A stretch of 64,000 nt of DNA from the human T2T-CHM13v2.0 reference genome, Homo sapiens, in the NCBI RefSeq assembly GCF_009914755.1, contig NC_060947.1. One strand, given 5' to 3'. Within the stretch, counting starts at the first letter, position 1. Each line of letters opens with the position of its first letter. A program made the position numbers and the translations under genes. Positions 1 to 18,878 of this stretch are shown in pieces. A model generated the notes under the pieces. It made no database searches. It was not told where the DNA came from and saw only the letters and a list, made by a program, of their open reading frames with translations.

Positions 1-3000
1 TTCTTTTCCTATTCAGATACATTTTATTTCTTTCTCTTGCCTGACTGCTCTGGTAGGACTTCCGGTACTATGCTAAATAGGAGTATTGAGAGTGGGAACC
101 CTTGTCTTGTTCCAGTTGTCAAAGTAAGGCTTCCAATTTTTGCCGATTCAGTACAATGTTGGCTGTGGGTTTGTCATAAGTGATGCTTATTATTTTGAGG
201 TATGTTCCTTTCATTCCTAGTTTGTTGAGGGTTTTTCCCATGAATGGATGTTGGATTTTATCAAAAGCTTTTTCCAAGCCTATTGAGATGATCATATAGT
301 CTTTGTTTTTAATTCTGTTTATATGATGAATCCCATTTATTGATTTGTGTATTTTGAAACAATTTCCTTGTATCACTGCAATAAAGCCTACTTGAACATG
401 GTGAATTAACTTTTTGATGTGCTCCTGGATATGGTTTGCTAATATTTTGTTGAGGATTTTTGTGTCTATGTTCATCAGGAATAGTGGCCTAGTTTTTTTC
501 CCCCTTTTATGTTTTTGCCAGGTATTGGTATTAGAGTAATGCTGGCTTTATAGAATAAGTCAAGAAGGAGTCCCTCCTCCTTGATTTTTATGTATAGCTT
601 AGGTAGACTTGGTCCCATCTCTCCTTTGTATGTCTGGCAGAATTCAACTCTGAAATCACCTGGTCTGGAGTTTTTCATTGTTGTTGTTGTTGTTTGGTTG
701 GTTGGTATGTTTTTTATTTTTATTTTTACTGATTCAATTTTGGAACTCGATATTAGTCTGTTCAGGATGTCAATTTCTTCCTGATTCAATATTGGGAAAC
801 TTTGTTACCAGGAATTTATCAATTTCCTTTACATGTTCTAGTTTAGATACATAGAGGTGCCCATCATAGTTTCTAAGAATTTTCAGTATTTCTCTGGGAT
901 CAGTGGTAATATCACCTTTGTGATTTCTGATTGTGCTTATTTGGCTCTTTTCTTTCTCTGTCAATCTAGCTAGTAGTCTATTCATCTTGTTTATTCTTTC
1001 AAAAAACCAATTTTTGGTTTTGTTGACCCTTTGTATGGATTTTTGGGACTCAATTTTGTTCAGTTCTGCTCTGATTTTAGTTATTTCTTTGTTTCTACCT
1101 GCTTTGGGGTTAATTTGTTATTGTTTTTGTAGTTCTTCTAAGTTTTATGTTAGATTGGTAATTTGAGAAGCCTTTCTGAGGTAGGCATTTATCGCTATAC
1201 ACTTTTCTCTTAACACTGCTTTTGTTGTATCCCACAGATTTTGGAATGTTGTGTCTCCGTTTTCATTAATTTCAAAGAATGTTCTAATTTCTACCTTAAA
1301 TTTGTTGTTTTCCCAAAAGTCATTCAGGAGCAAGTTTTTAAAATTTCCATGTAATTCTGTAGTTTCCAAGATCCCCTTGATATTGATTTCTATTTTTATT
1401 CTACTGTGGTCTTAGAGTATGGTTGGTTTCATTTTGTTTTTTTTTTTTTTTTTTTCAATTAAATTGAGACCTACTTTGTTGCTGAGCATGTGGTTGATTT
1501 TGGAGTATGTTCAGTGTGTGAATGACATGAATATATATTTTGTGGTTGATGGGTGGATTATTCTGCAGATATCTATTAGGTCCAAGTGGCCAAGTGTTGA
1601 ATTTAACTAAAGAATTTATTTGTTAATTTTCTTCCTCAATGATCTCCCTAATGCTGTTAATGGGGGTGTTAAAGTCCCTCACTATTATTGTGTGGCTACC
1701 TAAGTCTTTGGTAGGTCTGGAAGTACTTGGTTTATAAAACTGTGTGCTCCAAAGTTGGGTAGAGATATATTAAAATAGATAAAACTTCTTAGAGAATTGA
1801 ACCTGTTACCATTATTTAATGCCCTTCTTTGTTCTTTTTTACTGTTGTTGGTTTAAAGCCTGTTTTATCTCATATAAGAATAACACTCCTGTGCTTATTT
1901 GTTTTCTGTTTGGCTGGTAAATCCTTCTCCAACCTTTTACTTTGAGCCTATGGTTGTTGGTAAGTGAGATGGGTCTCCTGAAGACAGCAGATAATTGGGT
2001 CACTTTTTAATGCAGTTTGCCACTCTGCGCCATTTACATGGGACATTTAGACTGTTTACATTCAAGGTTAATATTCATATGTGATGCTTTGATTTTATCA
2101 TAAAGTGGTTAGCTAGTTCCTTTGTAGTTTCTATTGTATAGTTGCTTTATAGAATCTGTGAGCTATGTACTTAAATATGGTTTTGTCATAGCAGGTATTG
2201 CTCTTTTATTTCCATGTTTAGAACTCCCTTAAGAATCTCCTGTATGGCTGGTTTAGTGTAATAAATTATTTTAGCAGTAGCTTGTCTGGAAAATATTTTA
2301 TTTCTCCTTCACTTATGAAGCTTAGTTTGGCAGGTTATAAAAATTCCTGGTTTATTTTTTTCTAATAATACTAAAAGTAGGCCCCCAAATGTCTTCTGGC
2401 TTGTAAGGTTTCTGCTGAGAAGTTCACTGTTAGCCTGATGATGTTCCCTTTGTATGTGATCTGACCTTTTTCTCTAGCTGCCTTTAAGATTTTTCTTTTC
2501 TTTAGCATTGATCTTGGACAGTCTGGTGACTATATAGCTTGGTGATGTTCATTTTGTGTAGTATCTTGCAGGCGTTCTCCACCAGACGTTTTGTATCTGG
2601 ATATCTATCTCTCTAGCAAGATTAAGAAATTTTTCTTAAATTATTTCCTCAAACATGTTTTCCAGGTAGTTTACTTTTTCTCTATCACTCTCAGGAGAGC
2701 CAATAATTTGTATCTTTGGTCATTTTACATAATCACATGTTTCTCAAAAGCTTTGTTCATTTTTAAAATTTCTTTTTTCAAGAATGAGATTATGCCCTTT
2801 GCAGGAACATGGATGGAGCCCGGGTAATTATTCTTAACAAACAAATGCAGAAACATGAAACCAAATACCACATGTTCTCACTTATAAGTGAAAGCTACAT
2901 GATGAGAATGCATGGACACATAGAGGAAAACAACACACACTGTGGCCTATCAAAGGGTGGAATCAGGAAAAAATCTAATGAGTACTAAACTTAATATCTG

Positions 3001-3387
3001 GATGATGAAATAATCTGTACAACAAACACATATGACACAAATTTACCTATATAACAAACCCACACAACATGTACCCCTGAACTTAAAATAAAAGTTAAAT
3101 TTAAATGATAAAAGGAAAGCCTTTTTTTCTTTATTTCCATCTGACTTGGTTAGTCCAGAAGACTGTTCTTCAAACTGTATTATTCTTTCTTCTGCTTCAT
3201 TCAGGCAAATGATAAAGCTTTCCAATGTATTTTTGAAATTTCCTAAATGAGTGCTTCAATTCCAGAAGCACTGGTTTACTTCTTTTAAAGATATTGATCT
3301 CTGCTTTATTTCCTGTATTGCTTTAGAAGTTTTTTTGTGTGTTGATTTTCAACTATGTCTAGAATCTCTTTGAGTTTCCTTGCCATC
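1..3387 (-). mobile_element. Old LINE-1 (L1PB/L1MA-age), ORF2 and ORF1 portion, decayed; continues at 16505
   Basis: Minus-strand ORFs 119-475 ([21 protein letters not shown]), 475-789, 770-985 and 1145-1369 are L1 ORF2 fragments. 2300-3387 is ORF1-like. The sequence resumes after the MST insertion (tttccttgccatc|catgctttgaatt). Confidence 0.9.
2778..3112 (+). mobile_element. 5'-truncated L1 3' end (L1PA13-16-like) inserted in the older minus-strand L1
   Basis: aagaatgagattatgccctttgcaggaacatggatggag...catgttctcacttataagtg...gatgaaataatctgtacaacaaac...aacttaaaataaaagtt is a typical L1 3'UTR on the opposite strand to its flanks. Confidence 0.8.
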
Positions 3388-3696
3388 TGTATTAGCACAT
3401 TTTTGCACTGCCATAAAGAAATACCCGAGATTGGGTAATTTATAAAGAAAAGAGGTTTAACTAGCCCATAATTCTGCAGGCTGTACATAAAGGATGGCTA
3501 GGGAGGCCTCAGAAACATAAAATCATTGCAGAAGGTAAGGGAAAAGCAGGCACATCTTCACATGGCCAGCCAGGAGAAACAGAAGGGAGCAAGGTACTAC
3601 ACATATTTAAAACAACCAAATATTATGAGAACTCACTCACTGTTAGGAGAACAGCACTCAGGGTGATAGTGTTAAACCATTAGAAACCAACGCCAT

Positions 3697-6315
3697 TGTA
3701 TTAGTCCATTTTCACATTGCTATAAAGAGATACAAAAGACTGGGTGTATTAGTCCATTCTGATGCTGCTAATAAAGACATACCTGAAACTCAGTAATATA
3801 TATAAAAAAGAGATCTAATTGACTCACAGTTCAGCATGGCTGGAGAGGCCTCAGGAAACTTAAAATCATAAGGAAAGGGGAAACAAACACATCCTTTTTC
3901 ACATGGCGGCAGAAAAAGAATTGCTAAGCAAAAGGGGAAAAAGCCTTTTATAAAACCATCAGATCTCGTGAGAACTCACTCACTATCATGAGAACAGCAT
4001 GAGGATGGCCACCCCAATGATTAAATTATGTCCCACCGGGTCCCCTTTATGACATGTGGGGATTATCAGGACTACAATTTAGGATGAAACTGGGTTGGGG
4101 ACACAAAGCTTAACCGTATAATTCTGCTCCTTGCCCCTCTCAATCTCATGTCTTCAATTTCAAAACCAATCATGCCTTCCCAATAGTCCCCCAAAGTCTT
4201 AACTCATTTCAGCATTAACTCAAAAATCTAAATCCAAAGTCTCATCTGAGACAAGACAAGACCCTTTCATCTAGGAGCCTGTAAAATCAAAAGCAAGTTA
4301 GTTACTTCCAAGACACAATGGAGGTACAGGCATTGAATAAATGCTCCTATTTCAAAAGAAAGAAATTTGCCAGAACAAAGGAGCTACAGTCCCCATGCAA
4401 GTCGGAAATCCAGTGAGGCAGTCATTAAATCTTAAAGCTCTGAAATCATCTCCTTTGACTCCATGTCTCACACCTAGGGCACGCCGATGCAAGAAGTGAA
4501 GTGCCACAGTCTTAAGGAGCTCCACCCCTGTGGCTTTGCAGGGTACAGCTCCCATCCCAGCTGCTTTAACAGCCTGTCATTATCTGTGGCTTTTACACGT
4601 GCATGGTGAAAGCTGTCAGTGAATCTACCATTCTGAGGTATGGAGGACAGTGGCCCTCTTCTCACAGCTCCACTAGGCAGTGCCCCAGTGGAGACTCTGT
4701 GTGGGGGCTCCAAACTTTTCTTCCATATTGCCCTAGCAGAGGTTCTTCATGAGGGCTCCACTCCTGCAGCAAACTTCTGTACAGACATTCAGGCATTCCT
4801 TTGCATCCTCTGAAATCTATGCAGAGTTCCCCAAACATCAATTCTTGATTTCTGTGCAACCACAGGACCAACATCACATGTAAGCTGCCAAGGCTTGGGG
4901 CTTGAACCCTCTGAAGCAAAGGCCTGAGCTGTACATTGGCCGTTATAGACATGGCTGGAGCCGAAGCAACTGGTACACAGGGCACCAGGTCATGAGGCTA
5001 CATAGAGAAGGGGCGCCCTGGGCCCAGTCTACAAAATGATTTTTTTCCTCCTAGACCTCTAGGCCTGTGATTGGAGAGGCTGCTCTGAAGGTCTCTGACA
5101 TACCCTAGAGATATTTTCCTCATTGTCTTGGTGATTAACATTCAGCTTCTTGTTAATTATGCATATTTCTGCAACAGACTTGAATTTATTTCAAAAAAGT
5201 GGGTTTTTTCTTGTCTATTGTATCATCAGGTTGCAAATTTTTCAAACTTTTATGCTCTGCTTCCACTTGAATGCTTTGCTGCTTAGATATTTCTTCCACC
5301 AGATACCCTAAATCATCTTCCTCAAGTTCAAAGTTCCACAGATCTCTAGTGCAGGGGAAAAATGCTGCCAGTCTCTCTGCTAAAAGATAACAAGAGTCAC
5401 CTTTGCTCCAGTTTCCAACAAGTTTCTCATCTCCATCTGCGACTACCTCAGCCTGGACTTTATTGTCCATATCACTATCAGCATTTTGGTTAAAGCTATT
5501 CAACAAGTCTCTAATAAGTTCCAAACTTTCCCACATCTTCCTGTCTTCTGAGCCCTCTAATTCTCCAGGAAGTTCCAAACTTTCCCACCTTTTCCTCTCT
5601 TCTTGTGAGCCCTTCAAACAGTTCCAACCTTTGCCTGTTACCCAGTTCCAAAGTCACTTCCACATTTTGGGTGTCCTTATAGCAGCGCCCCACTGTCTGT
5701 GGTAACAATTTACTGTATTAGTCCATTCTGATTCTGCTAATAAAACGCATACCCGAGAATGGTTAATTTATAAAGAAAAGAGGTGTAATGGACTCAAGTT
5801 CAGCATAGCTTGGGAGGCCTCAGGAAACTTATAATCATGGAGGAAGGGAAAACAAACACGTCCTTCTTCACTTGGCAGCAGCAAAAACAAGTGCCAAGCA
5901 AAGGGAGAAAGCCCCTTATAAAACCATCAGCTTTCATGAAAACTCACTCACTGTCATGATAACCACATGAGGGTAACAACCCATGATGATTAAATTACTT
6001 CCCACCAGCCCCACCTCATGACATGTGGGTAATATGGGAACTACAATTCAAAATGAGATTTCGGGGGGACACAGCCAAACCATATCACTGGGTAATTTAT
6101 TTTAGAAAAGGTTTAATTGCTTCACAGTTCTGAATGGCTGGGAAGGCCTCAGGAAACTTACAACCATGGCAGAAGGAGAAGAGGTATGTATTACATGGCA
6201 AAAGGTGAGAGAGAGTATGTGTGAATAGATGGAACTGTCAACTCTTATAAAACCATCAGATCTTGTGAGAACTCACTCACTATCATGAGAACAACATGAG
6301 GGAAATTACCTCTAT
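3697..6315 (-). mobile_element. THE1D-like LTR fragment inserted in the left MST LTR, itself split by a THE1 element
   Basis: A second tgtattagtccattttcac start at 3697. The sequence continues after the THE1 insert (gactggg|taattt, 6093 onward). The right boundary is uncertain. Confidence 0.65.
3745..6087 (-). mobile_element. Complete THE1 (THE1C-like) MaLR element: LTR 3745-4121, internal, LTR 5714-6087
   Basis: Two similar LTRs starting tgtattagtccattctg. Perfect 5-bp TSD ctggg at 3740-3744 and 6088-6092. THE1-int ORF relics on the minus strand (5186-5617, WESLEL..DLLN.F.QNADSDMDN). Confidence 0.92.
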
Positions 6316-6608
6316 GATCCAATCACCTTCCACCATGCCTCACCAACAACAGTGAGGATTACAGTTGAAAATGAGATTCAGGTAGAGACACACATCCAAA
6401 CCATATCATTCCACCCTGGGCCCCTCCAAAATCTCATGTTCTTCTCACATTGAAAAATACAATCATGAGTTAAATAGAAGATGGCTGAGTGGAATCAGCT
6501 CTGGTATACAGCTCCCAGCGTGAGCGACGCAGAGGACGAATGATTTCTGCATTTCCATCTGAGGTACCCGGTTCATCTCACTGGGGAGTGCCAGACAGTG
6601 GGCGCAGG

Positions 6609-6917
6609 TCAGTGGGTGCAGACACCATGCTCGAGCCGAAGCAGGGTGAGGCATTGCCTCACTCGGGAAGCCCAAGGGGTCAGGGAGTTCCCTTTCCTAG
6701 TCAAAGAAAGGGGTGACAGATGGCACCTGGAAAATCGGATCACTCCCACCCGAATACTGCGCTTTTCCGACGAGCTTAAAGAACAGCGCACCAGGAGATT
6801 GTGTCCCCCACCTGGCTTGGAGGGTCCTGCGCCCACGGAGTCTCGCTGATTGCTAGCACAGCAGTCTGAGATCAGGCTGCAAGGCCGCAGCGAGGCTGGG
6901 GGAGGGGCGCCCGCCAT
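6609..6917 (-). CDS. L1 ORF0 (antisense 5'UTR ORF), open, 102 aa
   Basis: ATG complement at 6915-6917. MAGAPPPASLRPCSLISDCCASNQRDSVG... matches the known primate ORF0 N-terminus. Expression is unknown. Confidence 0.6.
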   Translation of the reverse strand: MAGAPPPASLRPCSLISDCCASNQRDSVGAGPSKPGGGHNLLVRCSLSSSEKRSIRVGVIRFSRCHLSPLSLTRKGNSLTPWASRVRQCLTLLRLEHGVCTH

Positions 6918-7370
6918 TGCCCAGGCTTGCTTAGGTAAACAAAGCAGCACAGACGCTTGAACAGGGTGGAGCCCACCACAGCTCAAGGAGGCCTGCCTGC
7001 CTCTGTAGGCTCCGGCTGTGGGGCAGGGCACAGACAAACAAAAAGACAGCAGTAACCTCTGCAGACTTAAATGTCCCTGTCTGACAGCTTTGAAGAGAGC
7101 AGTGGTTCTCCCAGCACGCAGCTGGAGATCTGAGAATGGGCAGACAGCCTCCTCAAGTGGGTCCCTGACCCCTGACACCCGAGCAGCCTAACTGGGAGGC
7201 ACCCCCCAGAAGGGGCAGACTGACAACTCACACGGCACAGTACTCCAACAGACCTGCAACTGAGGGTCCTGTCTGTTAGAAGGAAAACTAACAAACAGAA
7301 AGGACATCCACACCAAAAAACCATCAGTGCATCACCATCATCAAAAACCAAAAGTAGATAAAACCACAAA

Positions 7371-8365
7371 GATAGGGAAAGTCTAAAAAACAGAGCGCCT
7401 CTCCCCCTCCAAAGGAACGCAGTTCCTCACCAGCAACGGAACAAAGCTGGACGGAGAATGACTTTGACGAGCTGAGAGAAGAAGGCTTCAGACGATCAAA
7501 TTACTCCGAGCTACAGGAGGAAATTCAAACCAAAGGCAAAGAAGTTGAAAACTTTGAAAAAAGTTTAGAAGAATGTATAACTAGAATAACCAAAACAGAG
7601 GAGTGCTTAAAGGAGCTGATGGAGCTGAAAACCAAGGCTCTAGCACTACGTGAAGAATGCAGAAGCCGCAGGAGCCAATGCAATCAACTGGAAGAAAGGG
7701 TATCAGTGATGGAAGATGAAGTGAATGAAATGAAGCGAGAAGGGAAGTTTAGAGAAAAAAGAATAAAAAGAAACGAGCAAAGCCTCCAAGAAATATGGGA
7801 CTATGTGAAAAGACCAAATCTACGTCTGATTGGTGTATCTGAAAGTGACGGGGAGAATGGAACCAAGTTGGAAAACACTCTGCAGGATATTATCCAGGAG
7901 AACTTCCCCAATCTAGGAAGGCAGGCCAACATTCAGATTCAGGAAATACAGAGAACACCACAAAGATACTCCTTGAGAAGAGCAACTCCAAGACACATAA
8001 TTGTCAGATTTACCAAAGTTGAAATGAAGGAAAAAATGTTAAGGGCAGGCAGAGAGAAAGGTTGGGTTACGCACAAAGGGAAGCCCATGAGACTAACAGT
8101 GGATCTCTCGGCAGAAACTCTAAAAGCCAGAAGAGAGTGGGGGCCAATATTCAACATCCTTAAAGAAAAGAATTTTCAACCCAGAATTTCATATCCAGCC
8201 AAACTAAGCTTCATAAGTGAAGGAGAAATAAAATACTTTACAGACAAGCAAATGCTGAGAGATTTTGTCACCACCAGGCCTGCCCTAAAAGAGCTCCTGA
8301 AGGAAGTGCTAACCATGGAAAGGAACAACCAATACCAGCCGCTGCAAAATCATGCCAAAATGTAA
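7371..8365 (+). pseudogene. L1 ORF1p pseudogene (start lost; C-terminal 248 aa open at 7619-8365)
   Basis: WDYVKRPNLRLIG, RRATPRHII, ARREWGPIF and YPAKLSF motifs. The start codon region reads aagatagggaaagtct with a short deletion relative to the intact start at 49082. Confidence 0.9.
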
Positions 8366-8428
8366 AGACCATCGAGACTAGGAATAAACTGCATCAACTA
8401 ATTAGCAAAATAACCAGCTAACATCATA

Positions 8429-13330
<4,902 letters not shown>

Positions 13331-13570
13331 ACAATGAGAACACATGGACACAGGAAGGGGAACATCACACTCTGGGGACTGTTGTGGGGTGGGGAGAGGG
13401 GGGAGGGATAGCATTGGGAGATATACCTAATGCTAGATGACGAGTTAGTGGGTGCAGCGCACCAGCATGGCACATGTATACATATGTAACTAACCTGCAC
13501 ATTGTGCACATGTACCCTAAAACTTCAAGTATAATAATAATAAAAAAAAGGAAAAAAAAAAGGAAGAAAA

Positions 13571-14998
<1,428 letters not shown>

Positions 14999-16504
14999 GA
15001 AAAATACAATCATGCCTTCCCCAAAGTCTTAACTCATTCCAGGATTAACTCAAAAGTCCGCAGTTCAAAGTTTCATTTGGGGCAAAGAAAGTCTCTTCCA
15101 CCTATGAACCTTTAAAATCAAACTCATGTTAGTCACTTCACAAGTACATTGAGGATATAGGCATTGGTTGAGTATTCCCATTCCAAAAGAAAGATATTGA
15201 CCAAAAGGCAGGGGCTACAGGCCCCATGCAAGTCTGAAATCCAGCAGGACAGTCATTAAGTCTTAAAGCTCCAAAATAATCTCCTTTGACTCTATGCTTC
15301 ACATCCAGGGTACACTGATGCAAGAGGTGGGCTCCCAAGGCCTTGGTAATCTCCACCCCTGAGGCTTTGCAAGGTATAGGCACAACAGCTGCTTTCACAG
15401 GTTGGCACTGAGTGCCTACAGCTTTTCCAGGTACATGATGCAAGCTGTCAGTGGATCTACCATTCTGGGGTTTCCAAAATAGTGGCCCCCCTTCTCACAG
15501 CTTCACTAGGCACTACCCCAGTGGGGACTCTGTGTGCAGGCTCCAACCCCTCATTTTTCCTTCACATTGCTTTAGTAGAGGTTCTCCATGAGAGTTCCAC
15601 CTCTGCAGCAGGCCTCTGCCTGGACATCCAGGCTTTTTCATACAACCTCTGAAATCTAGGCAGAGGCTCCCACGCCTCGACTCTTGTGCTGTGTGTACCT
15701 GGAAGCTTAACACCATGTGAAAGCTGCCAAGGCTTATGGCTTGCATGCTCTGAAGCAGTAGCCTAAGCTTTATCTAGGGCCATTTTAGCCATGGCTGGAT
15801 CTGGATTGGCTAGGATGCAGACAGCTATGTCCTGAGGTTGTTCAGAGCAATGCAGAATGGTGCAGAACATTATTCCCTCCTAGGTTTCTGGGCCTGTGAT
15901 GCAAGGGTTTGCCTCAAAGCCCTCTGAAATGCCTTCAAGGAATTTTTCCCATTCTCTCTAGGAAGTTCCAAATTTCCCTTTGTCTTCCTTTCTTCTTCTG
16001 AGCCTTCCACACTCTTCCAAACTCTGCCCATTACCCAGTTCCAAAGCTACTTTCACATTTTCAGGTAACTATAGCAAACTCCACTCTCAGTACCAATTTT
16101 CTGTATTAGTCCATTCTCACTCTGCTATAAAAAATACCGGACACTGGGGAATTTATAAAGAAAAGAAGGTTAATTGGCTCATAATTCTGCAGGCTGTATA
16201 GAAAGCATGACTGGGGAGGCCTCAGGAAACTTACAATTATGGCAAAAGTTGAAAGAGAAGCAGGCACATCTTCACATGGCCAGAGCAGGAGGAACAGAGA
16301 GAGGGGGGTGGTGTTACACACTTTCAAACAACCAGATCTTGTGAAAAATCACTCACTATCATGAGAACAGCCCCCAGGGGGTGGTGTTAAACCATTAGAA
16401 ACCACCCCCATGATCCAATCACTTCCCTCCAGGTCCAAGTTTCAACAGTGAGGAATGCAATTGAACATAAGATTTGGGTGGGGACACAGATCCAAGCCAT
16501 ATCA

Positions 16505-18710
16505 CAATCCATGCTTTGAATTATTTGTCTGTCATTTCTGAGTTTTCATTTTTATTAGGAGCCATAGCTAGAGAACTAAGCAATCCTTTGGTTGTGTCAC
16601 TGCATTCAGATTTTTTATGGTGTCACAATTCTTGTGCTGGTTCCTTCTCATCTGGAGACCCTGGCACTTCTAATTTTTGTAATTATTTTCATAAGGGTAG
16701 GGTTTTTTCTTTTCTTTCTTTCCCTATAATATTATTGGGTTGTTCCTTACCTTTCCTTTCTCTTCCTCCCTAGGTGGTGTGACTATACAGAATGCTGGGT
16801 ATGGTCATTTGGTTTGCTTCTATAGCCCTATGAACTTTTTTGGCAGGTTTTGTATTGAGCTGTGCAGAGTGACCTACAAGCCAGTAGATGGCGCTTATAG
16901 GTACGAGCCAGCTACAGCCAGTGCGACTGGGTATTTACTTGATCCTAATTTGCTGGGAGTAGCTCTCTGTTGCCTCAGAAAATGGGCTGATGCATGGAAT
17001 GCATAGCGTTCTGAATTCTCTGCACAACTCATGGGGCAGAGCCACGCTGAGTGGGCCTGGGCCAGGTAGGTCTGCTTACAGATCCTCTGATGGTGGGCAC
17101 AATTGCCAGCACCGAGGAAGAATCCAGTGGAAGACAACCTAGTGCCCTGAGGTGTGCCTAGGTGTGGAGCTGGGAAACCTCCTCAGCCCCAACTTCTCTG
17201 CATGGGGTTGGAGGGTGGCCTAAACTCCTCATCCAAGAGAGTGGGTGCTCTAGATGCCTAAAGAGTTGTGTGGGTGTGGAGCAGAGAGTTCCCCTGCACC
17301 AAGATCTCTGCACAATAGGAGTAGGGCAATTTAGTGCTGAAGCAGGCAAGCAAGTACTCTGAACACCTGGAGATCTGCCTGCATGTGGAGTGTAGAGAGC
17401 CCCACTGCACCATAATCTATGCTCAGGAAGGGTCTGGTGGCTCAGGTTGCTGAACCAAATGAGTGGTTGCTCTGAATGCCTAGAGATCTTCCTGTACATG
17501 GATCTCAGAAGGCCCCCTGCACCAAGAACTCTGTGTAGGAGGGGTGGGGGTGACTCAGGCTGCTGAACCAGGCAAGCAGTTGCTCTGAATGCCTGTAGAT
17601 CTGCCTGGGAATGTAGCAGAGAGAGCCCCCCTGCACCAGGATCTCTGCACAGAAAAGATGAGACAGCTCAAGCTGATCCAGGAAATCTGGTGGTCTGAAT
17701 GCCTGGAGATCTGCCTGTGCATGAAGCAGACAGGGCCTCCCTGCACCAACATTTCTGCACAGGAAGGTGGGGTGGGACAGACTGTTGAATCAGATGAGGA
17801 AGTGCTCCAAATGCTTGAAGATCTGTCTGAGTATGGAGTGTAGGAAGCCTCACTGTATCGTCATGTATGCCCAGGAAAAGTGGGGTGGTTCAGGCTGCTG
17901 AACAAGGTAAATGGGTGCTCTGAATGCCTGGACATCTGCCTCAGCATGAAGTATAGAGGGTCACCCTGCACCACAATCTCAGGGGAGCAGGTTGGGGCAC
18001 CCAGCAATTGCACATACAGACACGTTCCAGGTTGCCAAGCTGGCCCTGACTGCAAGTCTTGCCACCCAGGAAAAACTGCAGCTGTAGCAGCTCTCCTCCC
18101 ACCTTAAGATTTTGATGGGGGAGAGCACAATTTCAGCACCCACTGATGAGGCACTGTCACCAGTTCTGGCTATGGAGGTCTCTATCCAACTCCAGAGCAG
18201 GCTTACCAATCTCTGGCCTGAGACTAACATGCTTTTGTGGCCATGCTGCCAGGTCACCAGAAAAATGGCTGAGTTTGTATGTGCCTGGATTTTAAAATGG
18301 CATCCTTCTCTTGGTCCTAGGTCTGGGAAAATGTCTACAGCTTTTACCAGTGTCTTTCTCTCATACTATCTCCAAGCCTTTCTCCACATCCATTCCAAGG
18401 CTTGGGAGAAACAAGGTGTCTTCCCTCAGCCTGGGTTGCTTGGCTCTCCAGTGGAAAAATTAGTCTTAGAGAGAGACTCTCTGCCTCTCTCTTGTACTAG
18501 GTTTTCACTCACTTTTATCAGCTTCACACCATCACAGGGGCTGTTTGCTGGCATTCTACTCCTTAGGATCTGGGGAGTCTTTCATGATTCCATGGACTCC
18601 TATCTTCCTTCTTGAATTAAAACTCACAGAGTTGATCTTTATGCACTACTTTCCCATGTACAAGTGGCTGTAGCAAGCTAAAAGCCTCTAATCCATCATC
18701 TTGGGGGGAA
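16505..18710 (-). mobile_element. 5' part (ORF1 start and 5'UTR) of the old minus-strand L1
   Basis: Direct continuation of 3387. Ends with ccatcatcttgggggg, whose reverse complement ccccccaagatgatggattagagg resembles an L1 5' end (caagatgg, YY1-type motif). Confidence 0.75.
17245..17985. repeat. Diverged tandem array, about 7 units of 110-113 bp, in the L1 5'UTR
   Basis: The anchor ctctgaatgcctggagatctgcctg recurs near 17247, 17357, 17470, 17583, 17693, 17805 and 17918. Most are followed by cccctgcacca. Confidence 0.85.
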
Positions 18711-18711
18711 A

Positions 18712-18878
18712 AACTTGAGATTTTGTTAAATAAGTAGATTTCAGCTCCTTCTGTCACAAAAAGAAAACTATGTGAGATAACAGATAAGTTGTTTCACTAT
18801 AGCAACCATTTTACTATCTATATGTTTCCCATAACATGTTGTAAACCTCCAATATACATAATAAAATTTATTTTTATG
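18712..18878 (+). mobile_element. Old L1M(A/B) 3'UTR terminal fragment
   Basis: agtagattt...aactatgtgag...ataacatgttgtaaacc...aatatacataataaaattta resembles L1M 3' termini. Confidence 0.55.

Noticed and set aside
5186-5617. 143-aa ORF and the duplicated ggaagttccaaactttcccac motif
   Set aside because: This is a THE1 internal ORF relic. The same duplication occurs in the other THE1 (22530-22630), so it is a family trait.
6609-7369. Several overlapping ORFs in L1 5'UTRs (also near 46 kb, 48 kb and 62 kb)
   Set aside because: GC-rich 5'UTR shadow frames. Only the ORF0 portion has established meaning.
18112-18615. 167-aa ORF
   Set aside because: It lies antisense within the old L1 5'UTR and has no recognisable domain.
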